Origin: Candidatus Doudnabacteria bacterium
GTDB lineage: Bacteria > Patescibacteriota > Doudnabacteria > UBA920 > O2-02-FULL-48-8
Assembly (NCBI GenBank): GCA_016199215.1
Contig: JACQHB010000009.1
Span: 4,905-68,904 of the forward strand
Direction of reading: 5' to 3'
DNA: 64,000 nt
This document shows, one piece after another, positions 30,579-39,921 of this stretch; position 1 is the first letter of the stretch; every line of letters starts with the position of its first letter. Both the position numbers and the translations under genes were made by a program. The notes under the pieces are model-generated. The model had not been told where the DNA came from, made no database searches, and saw only the letters and a program-made list of their open reading frames with translations.

Positions 30579-31590
30579 ATGAAAATTAAGTTTAGTATTA
30601 ATTATCAAGAGCTAATATCAGTCGAGAACCTTTTTGCTGCATGGAAGGAGTTTATAAACGGTAAGCGAAGTAAGCCGGACGTCCAAAGATTTGCTCACGC
30701 TTTAATAGATAATATTCTACAGCTTCACGAGGATCTTGCCAACAAGACCTATAAGCATGGCGGTTATCATTGTTTTAATATCTCTGATCCTAAGCCTCGT
30801 AATATTAGCAAGGCGATTGTTCGTGATCGTTTATTACATCACGCGATTTATAGAAAATTCTATCCGTTTTTCGATAAGACCTTTATTGCTGATTCGTATT
30901 CCTGTCGAATTAATAAAGGAACTCATAAAGCTATTGATCGATTGTTAGGGATGTATTATAAGGTCAGTAAAAATAATCATAAGACTTGCTGGATATTAAA
31001 ATGCGATATTAGAAAATTTTTCGGCAGTATCGACCATAATATTTTGCTTAAGATTTTACAGTATTATATTCCCGATCAAGACATCCTCTGGTTGATGAAA
31101 AATATTATTGTCAGCTTTTCAACAAGTGAGAATAAGGGACTGCCGCTAGGCAATCTTACCTCGCAGCTGTTTGTGAACGTATACATGAATGAATTTGACC
31201 AGCGTAAAACATAAGCTTAAGGTCAAGAATTATATAAGGTACGCTGATGATTTTGTGATCCTATCGAAGGAAAGAAATGAATTGGTTAGTTTAATTGATA
31301 AGATTACCAAGTTTCTTAAGGACGAACTTGATTTAACCTTGCATCCGTATAAAATCAATATAAGCAATTTTGCGTTAGGAGTTGATTTTCTTGGTTGGGT
31401 TAATTTTTCAAAGCATAGAGTATTAAGAACTACAACCAAAAAGCACATGTTGAGGCGAATAGGCGAGCACCCAACAGCTGAGATGTTGCAGTCTTATTTA
31501 GGCTTATTGCAGCTTGGCAATACTAATAAGATTAAACAAGATCTCGTGAGTAAATATTGGTATTTGAACACACGAAAACTGGAATTGTAG
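30579..31590 (+). pseudogene. DGR reverse transcriptase, split by a frameshift at ~31203
   Basis: KPRNI, RDRLLHHA, SYSCRINKGTH, KCDIRKFF and GLPLGNLTSQ in one frame; YIRYADDF and GVDFLG in another. Confidence 0.9.
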
Positions 31591-31713
31591 AAAAACTGAG
31601 ATTTGACAAACGGGAACAATAGTGGTAAAAAATAAATGAGAGTTAACCTTGAAAGATTAGGTTAAATCAGAACAACAGAGAGACCAAAAAGCCCAAAACG
31701 CAGGCGGTGGAGC

Positions 31714-34700
31714 TTGCGCTTTTTTAATCCAAAAATTTTGAGCAAGAGGAAGAAAATTTTTTTGGCATCAACCCTTGTTTTACTGGGGCTTTTGGTTGCG
31801 GTCTTATTCTTGATCGATCGTCAAACAGATAATTCTTATAAGGGGGAGGTTGCTGGTATAAATATTGAAAGCCCTAAAATTGAGCAAATCGAGCAATTTG
31901 AAACAACCCACCAAGATGCTGCTACTGACGATCTGACCTCAAGCAGTATCGACTCTGCTCCTCAACCAGTAATTTTTTCCCCGCCATCCCCAGTTTTTTC
32001 GTCTCCTTCATTTCAACTCATCCCGGAGCAGGCCTCTACGGACGAATCTCCTCCACAAGCTGTTTCTGCTCCAGTTTCCTCTTCACCTCCAAATCCATTG
32101 CCTGTGTGGGGTGGGGTTAGTAGCGGAAGTAATCCGGAAGTACCAGCGGCTCCGCTTGTTTTGGACTCAACTCCTCCCAATCCTCCAACTGTTTCAACCC
32201 CAATTGCCAATTCAACTGTTACAGACGGTTCTCAAACTATTTCCGGGACCAAGACTTCCGATTCGGTTTTGGTTTGGGTTAATTCAGAATCAACCGGGGT
32301 CACTTATCCAAGCTCAACTACCTGGGAAAAAACAGTCGATTTGGCTTTTGGTATAAATACTTTTTCCATAACTTCCACTGACGGCGCTGGCAATCAAAGT
32401 GAAGCTGTCTCATATTCCATAAGTTTGGATAATCAAGGTCCGGACGTGCCAGTCGTAATTTCACCCGCCAATAATTTCACTTTTTATTCTGAAAATGATT
32501 ATGACCAAGACACACCGGGCATGCAGGTCTTATTGTTGGGGACCAAGACAGCTGACGCAAGTTTGGTCTTGATAAACTCTGCAGGTGTAATTTATCCCAG
32601 CAGTACGAGTTGGCAGAAAACAATCACCCTTAGCACGGGGATTAATAGTTTTAGCTTGCTGGCAAAAGATGAGTTTGGCAATGAAAGCCCTTCCGTATCC
32701 CATACAGTAAGCTATGACGACTCGCCTCTGCCTGATGCTCCCACAGTTACTTCTCACTCAAACAATGCTACGGTTTATCCAGAAAACGATTTAGAGGCTG
32801 ATGCCGGCATGCAAATTTTATTTTCCGGGACCAAGCCTCCTTCTGCCGCGACTGTTCAAATAAACGGAAGTTCCTCTGGGGTTTTGTATCCAACTGATAC
32901 TACCTGGCAAAAAACCATTACTCTTTCATCTGGCGCAAACAGTTTTACGCTAAAGTCCGTAACCAGCGCAAATCGAGAAAGTTCTTCCACGTCCCACACG
33001 GTTAACTATAATAGCACGCCGCTTCCAGAGATTGACTTAATTTTTAGCAGCCACCGGCCGACTTCATTGACCATTCCAGTATCCTGGTCGTCAACCACAC
33101 CGGGGGTCGCTAGTTTTGATGTAGAGTATAAGACAGGCAATGGAAGTTTTGTCTCCTGGAAATCAGCCACAACCGCAATCTCTGATAATTTTTATGCAAC
33201 CCAAGATCGAACCACTTATACTTTCCGGGCGAGGTCCAGATCTACTCGAATCGGGGATTGGGAGGAACAATCAACAGAAATTTTCCTTCAAGCAGTGATT
33301 ATTAATGAAATTGCTTGGCCGGGGACTGATGCTTCCAGCAATGACGAATGGATTGAGCTTTACAACAATACGAACTCGGCAATTAGCCTGGCTGGCTGGA
33401 AATTAACGACATTGTCAGGCTCCATTAACACGACCTTATCAGGGACAATAAGCGCCAAGGGATATTATCTTTTGGAACGAACTGACGATACAACAATTGA
33501 CAGTTTGGCAGCAGATAAAATTTATACAGGTTACTTGGATAATGGAGGTGATCGGATTAATTTGATCAATGACGAAAACAGGACAATCGATGTTGTAGAC
33601 ATGTCCTCAACCGGATGGACCGCTGGTACTGTTGCTGGTAAGAAAACAGCGGAACGAATAAATCCCAATCTATCTTCTTTTGCATCCAACAATTTCGCGA
33701 CCTCTACTGCCACAAGTTCTGAAACAGATTCAGAAGACAATCCTATCAAAGGAACGCCGAAGGCAGTTAACAGCGTGTTGAATGCCAGTTTGGCTGCCGC
33801 AACCCCGATTGTCTATGATACTGCCATAAATCGGGACACGGTTTTTGATGAGCTTGGGGAAATTTACAAAACTCAAGGAGCAGGGTTAACTCTTTCTGCC
33901 GATACGACGTTAGTGGTACGACCCGGAGTGGCAATTCTTGCCAATTCTCAAATCCAAATCAATGGCAAACTTAGCGTGGTCGGAACAGGCTCCTCCAACG
34001 CGGTCTTCACCTCTTACAGAGATTCAAATTATGGCGGAGCTGGTGGAGCAAATCCAGGCGATTGGACCGGAATCAAATTCAATGCGGGCGCTTCAAGTCT
34101 TTCAAGCATTGATTATGCCAAAATAATTTACGCTGGAAGCGCGGGCGGCATGAGTGGGGGAATAATCGTGAATGGTTCCAATCCGACAATAACGAATTCC
34201 ATAATAGAAAGAAGTATTTACGGCGCCACTGTCCTTTCCGGTAACCCAACCATTTCCAACAACACAATGCAGAACAATGATGCGACTGGCCTGCGAATCG
34301 CTGGCGGTAGTGCGGTCATCAACAACAATAGCAGTTTGGCAAACCAATATGGGGCGATTATCGAAGGCGGCGGCCCGACCCTGACCAGCAATGTTTTTGA
34401 CAACAATACTTCTGAAGCGATTCAATGGTACTTCCTAAGTTCAACCCTCGCTGGATCCGGCAATACAGCTTCGGGCAACCCGAAGAATGCCATTGAACTT
34501 GCCGGCGGATCAAACACCGGAGGAAACCATACTTTTGTCAATCTTGGTTTGGGTTATTCGGTTAACAGCTTAACAGTGCGGGCATCCGATACTTTAACTA
34601 TTAATCCAGGTACGATAATCAAATTCTCAAGTGGCATGACCGTAAATGGTAAATTGATTGCAGTTGGTACTGCTGGCAATCGCATTGTGTTTACTTCTTC

Positions 34701-35109
34701 CACTGACCCGGGTGTACCAGTCCCAGGGCAATGGGGAAATGTGAATTTAACCGCTTCTTCATCAGTAGAAACCCAAATTGCTTACGCGGATTTCAAAAAC
34801 GGCACCGGTCTTTCCGGCACCACAGGGGCTTTGTATGTTGCAGTCAACGGCCTAAGTTTTGACTACCTTAATTTTGACGGCAACGGCTTGGGTTTGTTTG
34901 TGAACAGTTCAAATATAAGCATCAGTCAAAGCATGTTTAACAATAATCCCAGCGGCGGTTTGATCAACAATACCAGCAATCTTGTTAATGCCGAAAATAA
35001 TTACTGGGGCAATGCCAGCGGGCCAAGACACAGTTCCAACCCCGGTGGAACCGGAGACAATGTCAGCGATAATATTGATTTTGACCCGTTTCTAACGGAA
35101 GCTCCCTAA
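31714..35109 (+). CDS. Large membrane-anchored surface protein (Ig-like repeats, lamin-tail domain, right-handed beta-helix); start uncertain
   Basis: N-terminal TM, Pro/Ser-rich linker, three repeats of the type SGTK...GVx[20 protein letters not shown]...EWIELYN, and NAENNYWG. Confidence 0.85.
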   Translation: MRFFNPKILSKRKKIFLASTLVLLGLLVAVLFLIDRQTDNSYKGEVAGINIESPKIEQIEQFETTHQDAATDDLTSSSIDSAPQPVIFSPPSPVFSSPSFQLIPEQASTDESPPQAVSAPVSSSPPNPLPVWGGVSSGSNPEVPAAPLVLDSTPPNPPTVSTPIANSTVTDGSQTISGTKTSDSVLVWVNSESTGVTYPSSTTWEKTVDLAFGINTFSITSTDGAGNQSEAVSYSISLDNQGPDVPVVISPANNFTFYSENDYDQDTPGMQVLLLGTKTADASLVLINSAGVIYPSSTSWQKTITLSTGINSFSLLAKDEFGNESPSVSHTVSYDDSPLPDAPTVTSHSNNATVYPENDLEADAGMQILFSGTKPPSAATVQINGSSSGVLYPTDTTWQKTITLSSGANSFTLKSVTSANRESSSTSHTVNYNSTPLPEIDLIFSSHRPTSLTIPVSWSSTTPGVASFDVEYKTGNGSFVSWKSATTAISDNFYATQDRTTYTFRARSRSTRIGDWEEQSTEIFLQAVIINEIAWPGTDASSNDEWIELYNNTNSAISLAGWKLTTLSGSINTTLSGTISAKGYYLLERTDDTTIDSLAADKIYTGYLDNGGDRINLINDENRTIDVVDMSSTGWTAGTVAGKKTAERINPNLSSFASNNFATSTATSSETDSEDNPIKGTPKAVNSVLNASLAAATPIVYDTAINRDTVFDELGEIYKTQGAGLTLSADTTLVVRPGVAILANSQIQINGKLSVVGTGSSNAVFTSYRDSNYGGAGGANPGDWTGIKFNAGASSLSSIDYAKIIYAGSAGGMSGGIIVNGSNPTITNSIIERSIYGATVLSGNPTISNNTMQNNDATGLRIAGGSAVINNNSSLANQYGAIIEGGGPTLTSNVFDNNTSEAIQWYFLSSTLAGSGNTASGNPKNAIELAGGSNTGGNHTFVNLGLGYSVNSLTVRASDTLTINPGTIIKFSSGMTVNGKLIAVGTAGNRIVFTSSTDPGVPVPGQWGNVNLTASSSVETQIAYADFKNGTGLSGTTGALYVAVNGLSFDYLNFDGNGLGLFVNSSNISISQSMFNNNPSGGLINNTSNLVNAENNYWGNASGPRHSSNPGGTGDNVSDNIDFDPFLTEAP

Positions 35110-37113
35110 TTTATGCCTTTTAAGTTTGGTTTTTTGCCTGATTCCCGAAATTTGGTCGCGCAGGGACGCGGCTTTTTCAAAATCCAAATTCTTTGCGGCC
35201 ATATCCATCTGATCCCTAAGTTCTTCAATTAGGTAGGCAATCTCCTGTTTAGTCATTTTAGTCAAATCTATCTGTAATCCGTCATCAGTGATCGGCGTTT
35301 TTAATTTTTGTCCGGCAAGGCGTGATTCTTTTATTGCTTTCACAATTCCCGCGGGAATAATCCCGTGTTTTTTGTTGTATTCTTCCTGGATTTTTCTTCT
35401 GCGTTTGACTTCGCCGATTGCCCGTTGCATTGAGCCAGTGATTTTGTCCGCGTACATTATCACATGCCCGTCAATGTGCCGGGCGGCTCGGCCCATTGTT
35501 TGGATCAGGGAAGTTTCCGATCGGAGGTATCCTTCTTTGTCAGCGTCCAAAATGGCAACCAGCGATACTTCCGGCAGATCCAGACCTTCACGGAGCAAAT
35601 TAATCCCCACTACCACATCATAGACCCCGAGCCTCAAGTCTCTAAGAATTTCCAGCCGTTCCAACGTTTCGATCTCTGCGTGCAGATAGTGCGCCTTAAT
35701 TTTATATTCAGCCAAATAATGGGAAAGCTCTTCTGCCATGTTTTTAGTCAGGGTAGTTACTAGTACCCTTTGTTTTTTTGCCACTCTTTTTTGTATTTCT
35801 TCCATCAGATCATCAATCTGGTTTTTTGTCTGCCGTATTTCAATTTCCGGATCAAGCAAGCCGGTCGGCCGGATCAGCTGTTCAACGACTTGTTTTGATA
35901 TTGGAAGCTCTCTTGACTTATCTGGCGTTGCTGAAACGAAAATTGTCTGGTCGATCTTTTTTTCAAACTCCCCGAACTTCAAAGGACGGTTGTCGATCGC
36001 GGAAGGAAGTCTGAATCCATACTCAACCAAAGTTTTTTTGCGTGACTGGTCGCCTTCATACATTCCGTAAATCTGCGGGAGCGTGATGTGGGATTCGTCG
36101 ATAAACAGCAGAAAATCATCAGGAAAATAATCGATTAGGGTGGAAGGCGGCTCGCCCGGATTTCGGAAATCGAGGTGGCGGGAATAATTTTCTATTCCAT
36201 TCACATAACCCGTTTCAAGCATCATTTCGATATCAAAATTGGTCCTCTGTTCAATCCGCTGAGCTTCCAGGGCTTTGCCTTGTTTTTTGAAATATTTTGC
36301 CTGATCCGCAAGCTCTTTCCGGATATTGTCGATGGCCGCAAGCATTTTTTCCCTTGGGGTAACAAAATGTTTGGCCGGGAAAATTGTTATTTCTTTTCTT
36401 TGTCCCAGATCATCTCCCGTCAGAGGATCATGCTGGGAAATTTTTTCTATTTCATCTCCGAAAAAAGTAACTCGCACGATTTTGTCAGCCGATGCCGGGA
36501 TCAGGTCCACGCTGTCCCCCCTCACTCGAAAAGTTCCGCGCTCAAGATTAATGTCGTTTCGCACAAACTGCAGATCAGTCAAACGGCGCAAAAGCTTGTC
36601 TCGCTTCAAACTTTGCCCAACCGCCAATCTCGTGGATAATTCCAAATAATCACCCGGCGACCCCAGTCCATAAATGCAGGAAACCGAGGCGACAATTAAG
36701 ACATCGGATCTGGTCAGCAGGCCTTGGGTAGCGGCATTTCTTAGTTTATCGATTTCTTCATTGATCTCGGTTTCTTTTTCAATGTAAGTATCGCTTCTCG
36801 GGATGTACGCTTCCGGCTGGTAATAGTCATAGTAAGAGACGAAATAATGGACAGCGTTTTCCGGGAAAAAATCCTGAAATTCCGATGCCAACTGCGCGGC
36901 CAAGGTTTTGTTGTGGGAAATTACCAGGGTGGGTCTTTGGATTTTCTCGATCACGTTGGCCATGGTAAAGGTTTTCCCGCTGCCAGTGACTCCCAGCAGA
37001 GTTTGATGACGGTATTTTTTTCCCAAACCCAAGACTAACTTTTCGATAGCTTGCGGTTGGTCGCCCGATGGTTTGAAATTTGATACTAATTTGAATTTCA
37101 TCGTAAACTGCAT
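35092..37113 (-). CDS. uvrB: Excinuclease ABC subunit B
   Basis: [30 protein letters not shown] and [12 protein letters not shown]. Confidence 0.97.
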   Translation of the reverse strand: MQFTMKFKLVSNFKPSGDQPQAIEKLVLGLGKKYRHQTLLGVTGSGKTFTMANVIEKIQRPTLVISHNKTLAAQLASEFQDFFPENAVHYFVSYYDYYQPEAYIPRSDTYIEKETEINEEIDKLRNAATQGLLTRSDVLIVASVSCIYGLGSPGDYLELSTRLAVGQSLKRDKLLRRLTDLQFVRNDINLERGTFRVRGDSVDLIPASADKIVRVTFFGDEIEKISQHDPLTGDDLGQRKEITIFPAKHFVTPREKMLAAIDNIRKELADQAKYFKKQGKALEAQRIEQRTNFDIEMMLETGYVNGIENYSRHLDFRNPGEPPSTLIDYFPDDFLLFIDESHITLPQIYGMYEGDQSRKKTLVEYGFRLPSAIDNRPLKFGEFEKKIDQTIFVSATPDKSRELPISKQVVEQLIRPTGLLDPEIEIRQTKNQIDDLMEEIQKRVAKKQRVLVTTLTKNMAEELSHYLAEYKIKAHYLHAEIETLERLEILRDLRLGVYDVVVGINLLREGLDLPEVSLVAILDADKEGYLRSETSLIQTMGRAARHIDGHVIMYADKITGSMQRAIGEVKRRRKIQEEYNKKHGIIPAGIVKAIKESRLAGQKLKTPITDDGLQIDLTKMTKQEIAYLIEELRDQMDMAAKNLDFEKAASLRDQISGIRQKTKLKRHKLGSFR

Positions 37114-37158
37114 TGTAGCAAACTGGGCAAAGCCTTGTATAGAGGTTATAATTAACCC

Positions 37159-37725
37159 ATGATTGGATCAATTAGCGGCAAAACCCAATATAAATCGTCA
37201 AGTTACATAATAGTTAACGCAAGCGGGGTCGGATACAAGGTGTTTGTGATTCCCCCGCTCCTGCTAAAGGCCCAGGCCGGCCAAGACCTGAATTTAGTCA
37301 TTTCTACTTATGTCAGGGAAGATCAAATTTCGCTTTATGGCTTCGAAACCCTACCAGAACTTGAATTTTTTGAGTTGCTTTTAACCGTTTCCGGGGTGGG
37401 GCCGAAATCGGCCTTGGGGATTATGTCGCTTGCTTCCGTGCCAATGATCAAATCCGCGATTGTTTCAGAAGATCCCAGCGTGTTTACGAAGGTTTCGGGA
37501 ATTGGCCGCAAGACAGCGGAGCGGGTGATTGTGGAACTGAAGGAAAAATTAAAAGACGAGTTGGGAGCAGCCCCGGTGGCAAAAGAGCATTCCGAGGCTA
37601 TGGATGCCTTGATTGCCCTTGGTTATAGCCAGCAGCAGGCAAGAGACGCCTTGAAGTCAGTCCCGGGCGACGTGGTTAAATTGCAGGAAAAGATTAAGAT
37701 TGCGTTAAAATTTTTGAGCAAATAG
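37159..37725 (+). CDS. ruvA: Holliday junction DNA-binding protein RuvA
   Basis: GVGY, VRED, LYGF, VSGVGPK and [10 protein letters not shown]. Confidence 0.95.
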   Translation: MIGSISGKTQYKSSSYIIVNASGVGYKVFVIPPLLLKAQAGQDLNLVISTYVREDQISLYGFETLPELEFFELLLTVSGVGPKSALGIMSLASVPMIKSAIVSEDPSVFTKVSGIGRKTAERVIVELKEKLKDELGAAPVAKEHSEAMDALIALGYSQQQARDALKSVPGDVVKLQEKIKIALKFLSK

Positions 37726-37733
37726 TCGATAGC

Positions 37734-38672
37734 ATGATTTCCAGCCTTGATCAAAAAGCTTGGGATGAAAAAATAATCGACCTCGGTGGGTCGATTTTAC
37801 AATCTTATGCCTGGGGGCGGTTCCAAGAGGAACTTGGAAACAAGGTAATCAGATTTTCCGGTCCAACTTATTCGGCCTCCGCAGTCGGATTGCCGCTGCC
37901 GATGGGAAAAAAATATTATTATTGCCCGAAGGGGCCAGTCGGCGAAGCTGCCGACAATCTTGCCGACCTCAAAACTTTGGGGGAAGACAAAAATGTGATT
38001 TTTGTCAGGCTAGAGCCTCAGAAACCCATTTTGCTCCCAGTTGCGGCCAAGGAAGTTCAGCCGAAAACAAATTGGGTTTTGTCAGTAGATCAGACCGAAG
38101 ATCAGCTCTTAGTCGGGATGAAACCCAAAACCCGATATAATATAAACCTTGCTTTTAGAAAAGGAGTGGTGGTCAGGGAGGGTGGCGCTTCGGATCTGGT
38201 AAGCCTTTGGCAAATGATGCTTGAGACAGCGGCAAGGAACAAATTTCAGCTGCATCCCCAGAATTATTATTTAAAAATGTTTGAAATTCTTGCTCCCAAG
38301 CATTTGAAAATTTTGGTTGCTTCTTACCAAGGCAAGCCATTGGCTGGGATGATCCTTACGCTGTTTTCGGACTCCGCCACTTATCTGCACGGGGGCTCGA
38401 GTGCGGCAAATAAAGAAGCAATGGCTCCTTACCTCTTGCATTGGGAAGCGATCAGACTGGCAAAGTCTTTCGGTTGCAAGTTTTACGATTTTGGAGGCAT
38501 TGCTTCCAACAACGATTCCCGGCATGCTTGGTCAGGGATCAGCCGGTTCAAAAAAGGCTTCGGCGGTTTTGAGATTAATTCTGCCGGGGTATATGACCTA
38601 ATTTTCTCTCCTATTTGGTATAATGTTTACAAACAGGCCAGGCTTGTTCGTAGGCTTATAAGGCCTGTTTGA
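37734..38672 (+). CDS. FemABX-family peptidoglycan bridge peptidyltransferase
   Basis: ILQSYAWG, KTRYNI, YLHGGS, YDFGG and RFKKGFGG. Confidence 0.88.
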   Translation: MISSLDQKAWDEKIIDLGGSILQSYAWGRFQEELGNKVIRFSGPTYSASAVGLPLPMGKKYYYCPKGPVGEAADNLADLKTLGEDKNVIFVRLEPQKPILLPVAAKEVQPKTNWVLSVDQTEDQLLVGMKPKTRYNINLAFRKGVVVREGGASDLVSLWQMMLETAARNKFQLHPQNYYLKMFEILAPKHLKILVASYQGKPLAGMILTLFSDSATYLHGGSSAANKEAMAPYLLHWEAIRLAKSFGCKFYDFGGIASNNDSRHAWSGISRFKKGFGGFEINSAGVYDLIFSPIWYNVYKQARLVRRLIRPV

Positions 38673-38739
38673 GACCAAAAATCAAAAAGCAAAATTCAAA
38701 ATTTTTGAACTTTTACCTTTAATTTTTTATTTTTCTCAA

Positions 38740-39312
38740 ATGCAATATAAAATCGCTGTTTCCGGTTCCGCGGAAAACAACTGCGCCCAGGGCGCGTTTC
38801 GAAAATCATATGAAGTTGGGCGGCAGATTGCTTTGCAAGGCGGAATTCTTTTAACTGGAGCAACTATAGGCATTCCCGCCTGGGCCACAAGGGGAGCTAA
38901 AGCCGCGGGCGGAATTTCAATCGGACTTTCTCCGGCCGTGTCCAAACAATCCCATATTAAGACTTATCATCTGCCAGTTAAGTATATGGACTTGATTATT
39001 TACACGGGCTTTGATTATTCCGGCAGGAATATGCTCATGACACGGGCGGCTGACGCCGTGATTGTGGTTTGCGGCAGGATCGGAACGCTTAACGAATTTA
39101 CTACCGCCTTTGAGGAAAAGCGGGTGGTCGGCGTCCTGACGGGAACCGGGGGAGTGGAAGAAGAGATTGATGATATTTTAAAAATAGCCCGCCGTGGAAA
39201 AAAAAATATTGTCTTTGATGATGATCCTGCAAGGTTGGTGGCTAAGCTTATAAAATTAGTCCGGATAAACGAACGGCAAAAATCCGCTCCCAAGCATAGA
39301 GAGGTCGCGTAA
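38740..39312 (+). CDS. LOG/SLOG-family Rossmann-fold nucleotide-binding protein
   Basis: IAVSGS, LLTGATIG, GRN and GRIGTLNEF. Confidence 0.82.
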   Translation: MQYKIAVSGSAENNCAQGAFRKSYEVGRQIALQGGILLTGATIGIPAWATRGAKAAGGISIGLSPAVSKQSHIKTYHLPVKYMDLIIYTGFDYSGRNMLMTRAADAVIVVCGRIGTLNEFTTAFEEKRVVGVLTGTGGVEEEIDDILKIARRGKKNIVFDDDPARLVAKLIKLVRINERQKSAPKHREVA

Positions 39313-39314
39313 AT

Positions 39315-39698
39315 ATGATCTTATATCTGGAAACCTCCGAGAATGAACAAGTAAGATTGGCCTTGATTGGTCCGCGAAAACGCGTTGAAATCAGCCAACA
39401 TGCGATTTTTGATTTATCTGAAAAATTTCCGATTTTGATCCAAAAACTGCTAGATAAGGGTAAGATTAAGTTCTCTAATCTTACGGCAATCGCCGTGGTG
39501 GCCGGTCCGGGCCTATTTAGCCGCCTGCGGACCGCCGTGGTCACGGCAAACGCCTTGGCTTACGCTTTAGACTTGAAAATTATCCCGCTCTCGTCGCCTT
39601 TTGATAAGCTGGATTATTATAAGCTTTTGAAAAAACCGAAATTCCAGCAAATTGAGCCTCGGTACGGGAAAGCCCCTAACATCACGAAGGGGAAATAA
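39315..39698 (+). CDS. tsaB: Short TsaB (t6A biosynthesis)
   Basis: ILYLETS, IAVVAGPGLFSRLR and ANALA. Confidence 0.8.
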   Translation: MILYLETSENEQVRLALIGPRKRVEISQHAIFDLSEKFPILIQKLLDKGKIKFSNLTAIAVVAGPGLFSRLRTAVVTANALAYALDLKIIPLSSPFDKLDYYKLLKKPKFQQIEPRYGKAPNITKGK

Positions 39699-39921
39699 TG
39701 GCCATAAGTGGCAAAAGGGAATTTGCTTGACAAGATCGCGTTTTTGATTAAGATATAGATGTGATAACAAACTTAATAAGTTGCATAGCCTGAGTGGCTC
39801 TTTTTGCATATGGCAAGAAGAGGTTTGTTTTTGTGTCCTTCTGTAAAATATAGATAAAAATTAGGCTAACCTAAAAGGTTTTGGGCTCTCTCACTATTAA
39901 TCCGTATGGATTGGCGGCTCA

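Larger units (their letters stand above)
28939..31590. mobile_element. Diversity-generating retroelement locus (target-VR, TR, avd, RT)
   Basis: TR/VR pair with adenine-specific mismatches, plus avd-like and RT genes. Confidence 0.95.

Noticed and set aside
30498-31590. RT as a group II intron, retron or CRISPR-associated RT
   Set aside because: No maturase/endonuclease extension or cas genes; the adjacent avd and TR/VR pair explain it as a DGR RT.
35084-35098. ccgtttctaacgg resembling the MITE end
   Set aside because: Partial match with no partner TIR or TSD, inside two overlapping coding ends.
31714-35109. Large surface protein as a second DGR target
   Set aside because: No TR-like sequence was found by eye in it or elsewhere in the window; remote targets outside the window remain possible.
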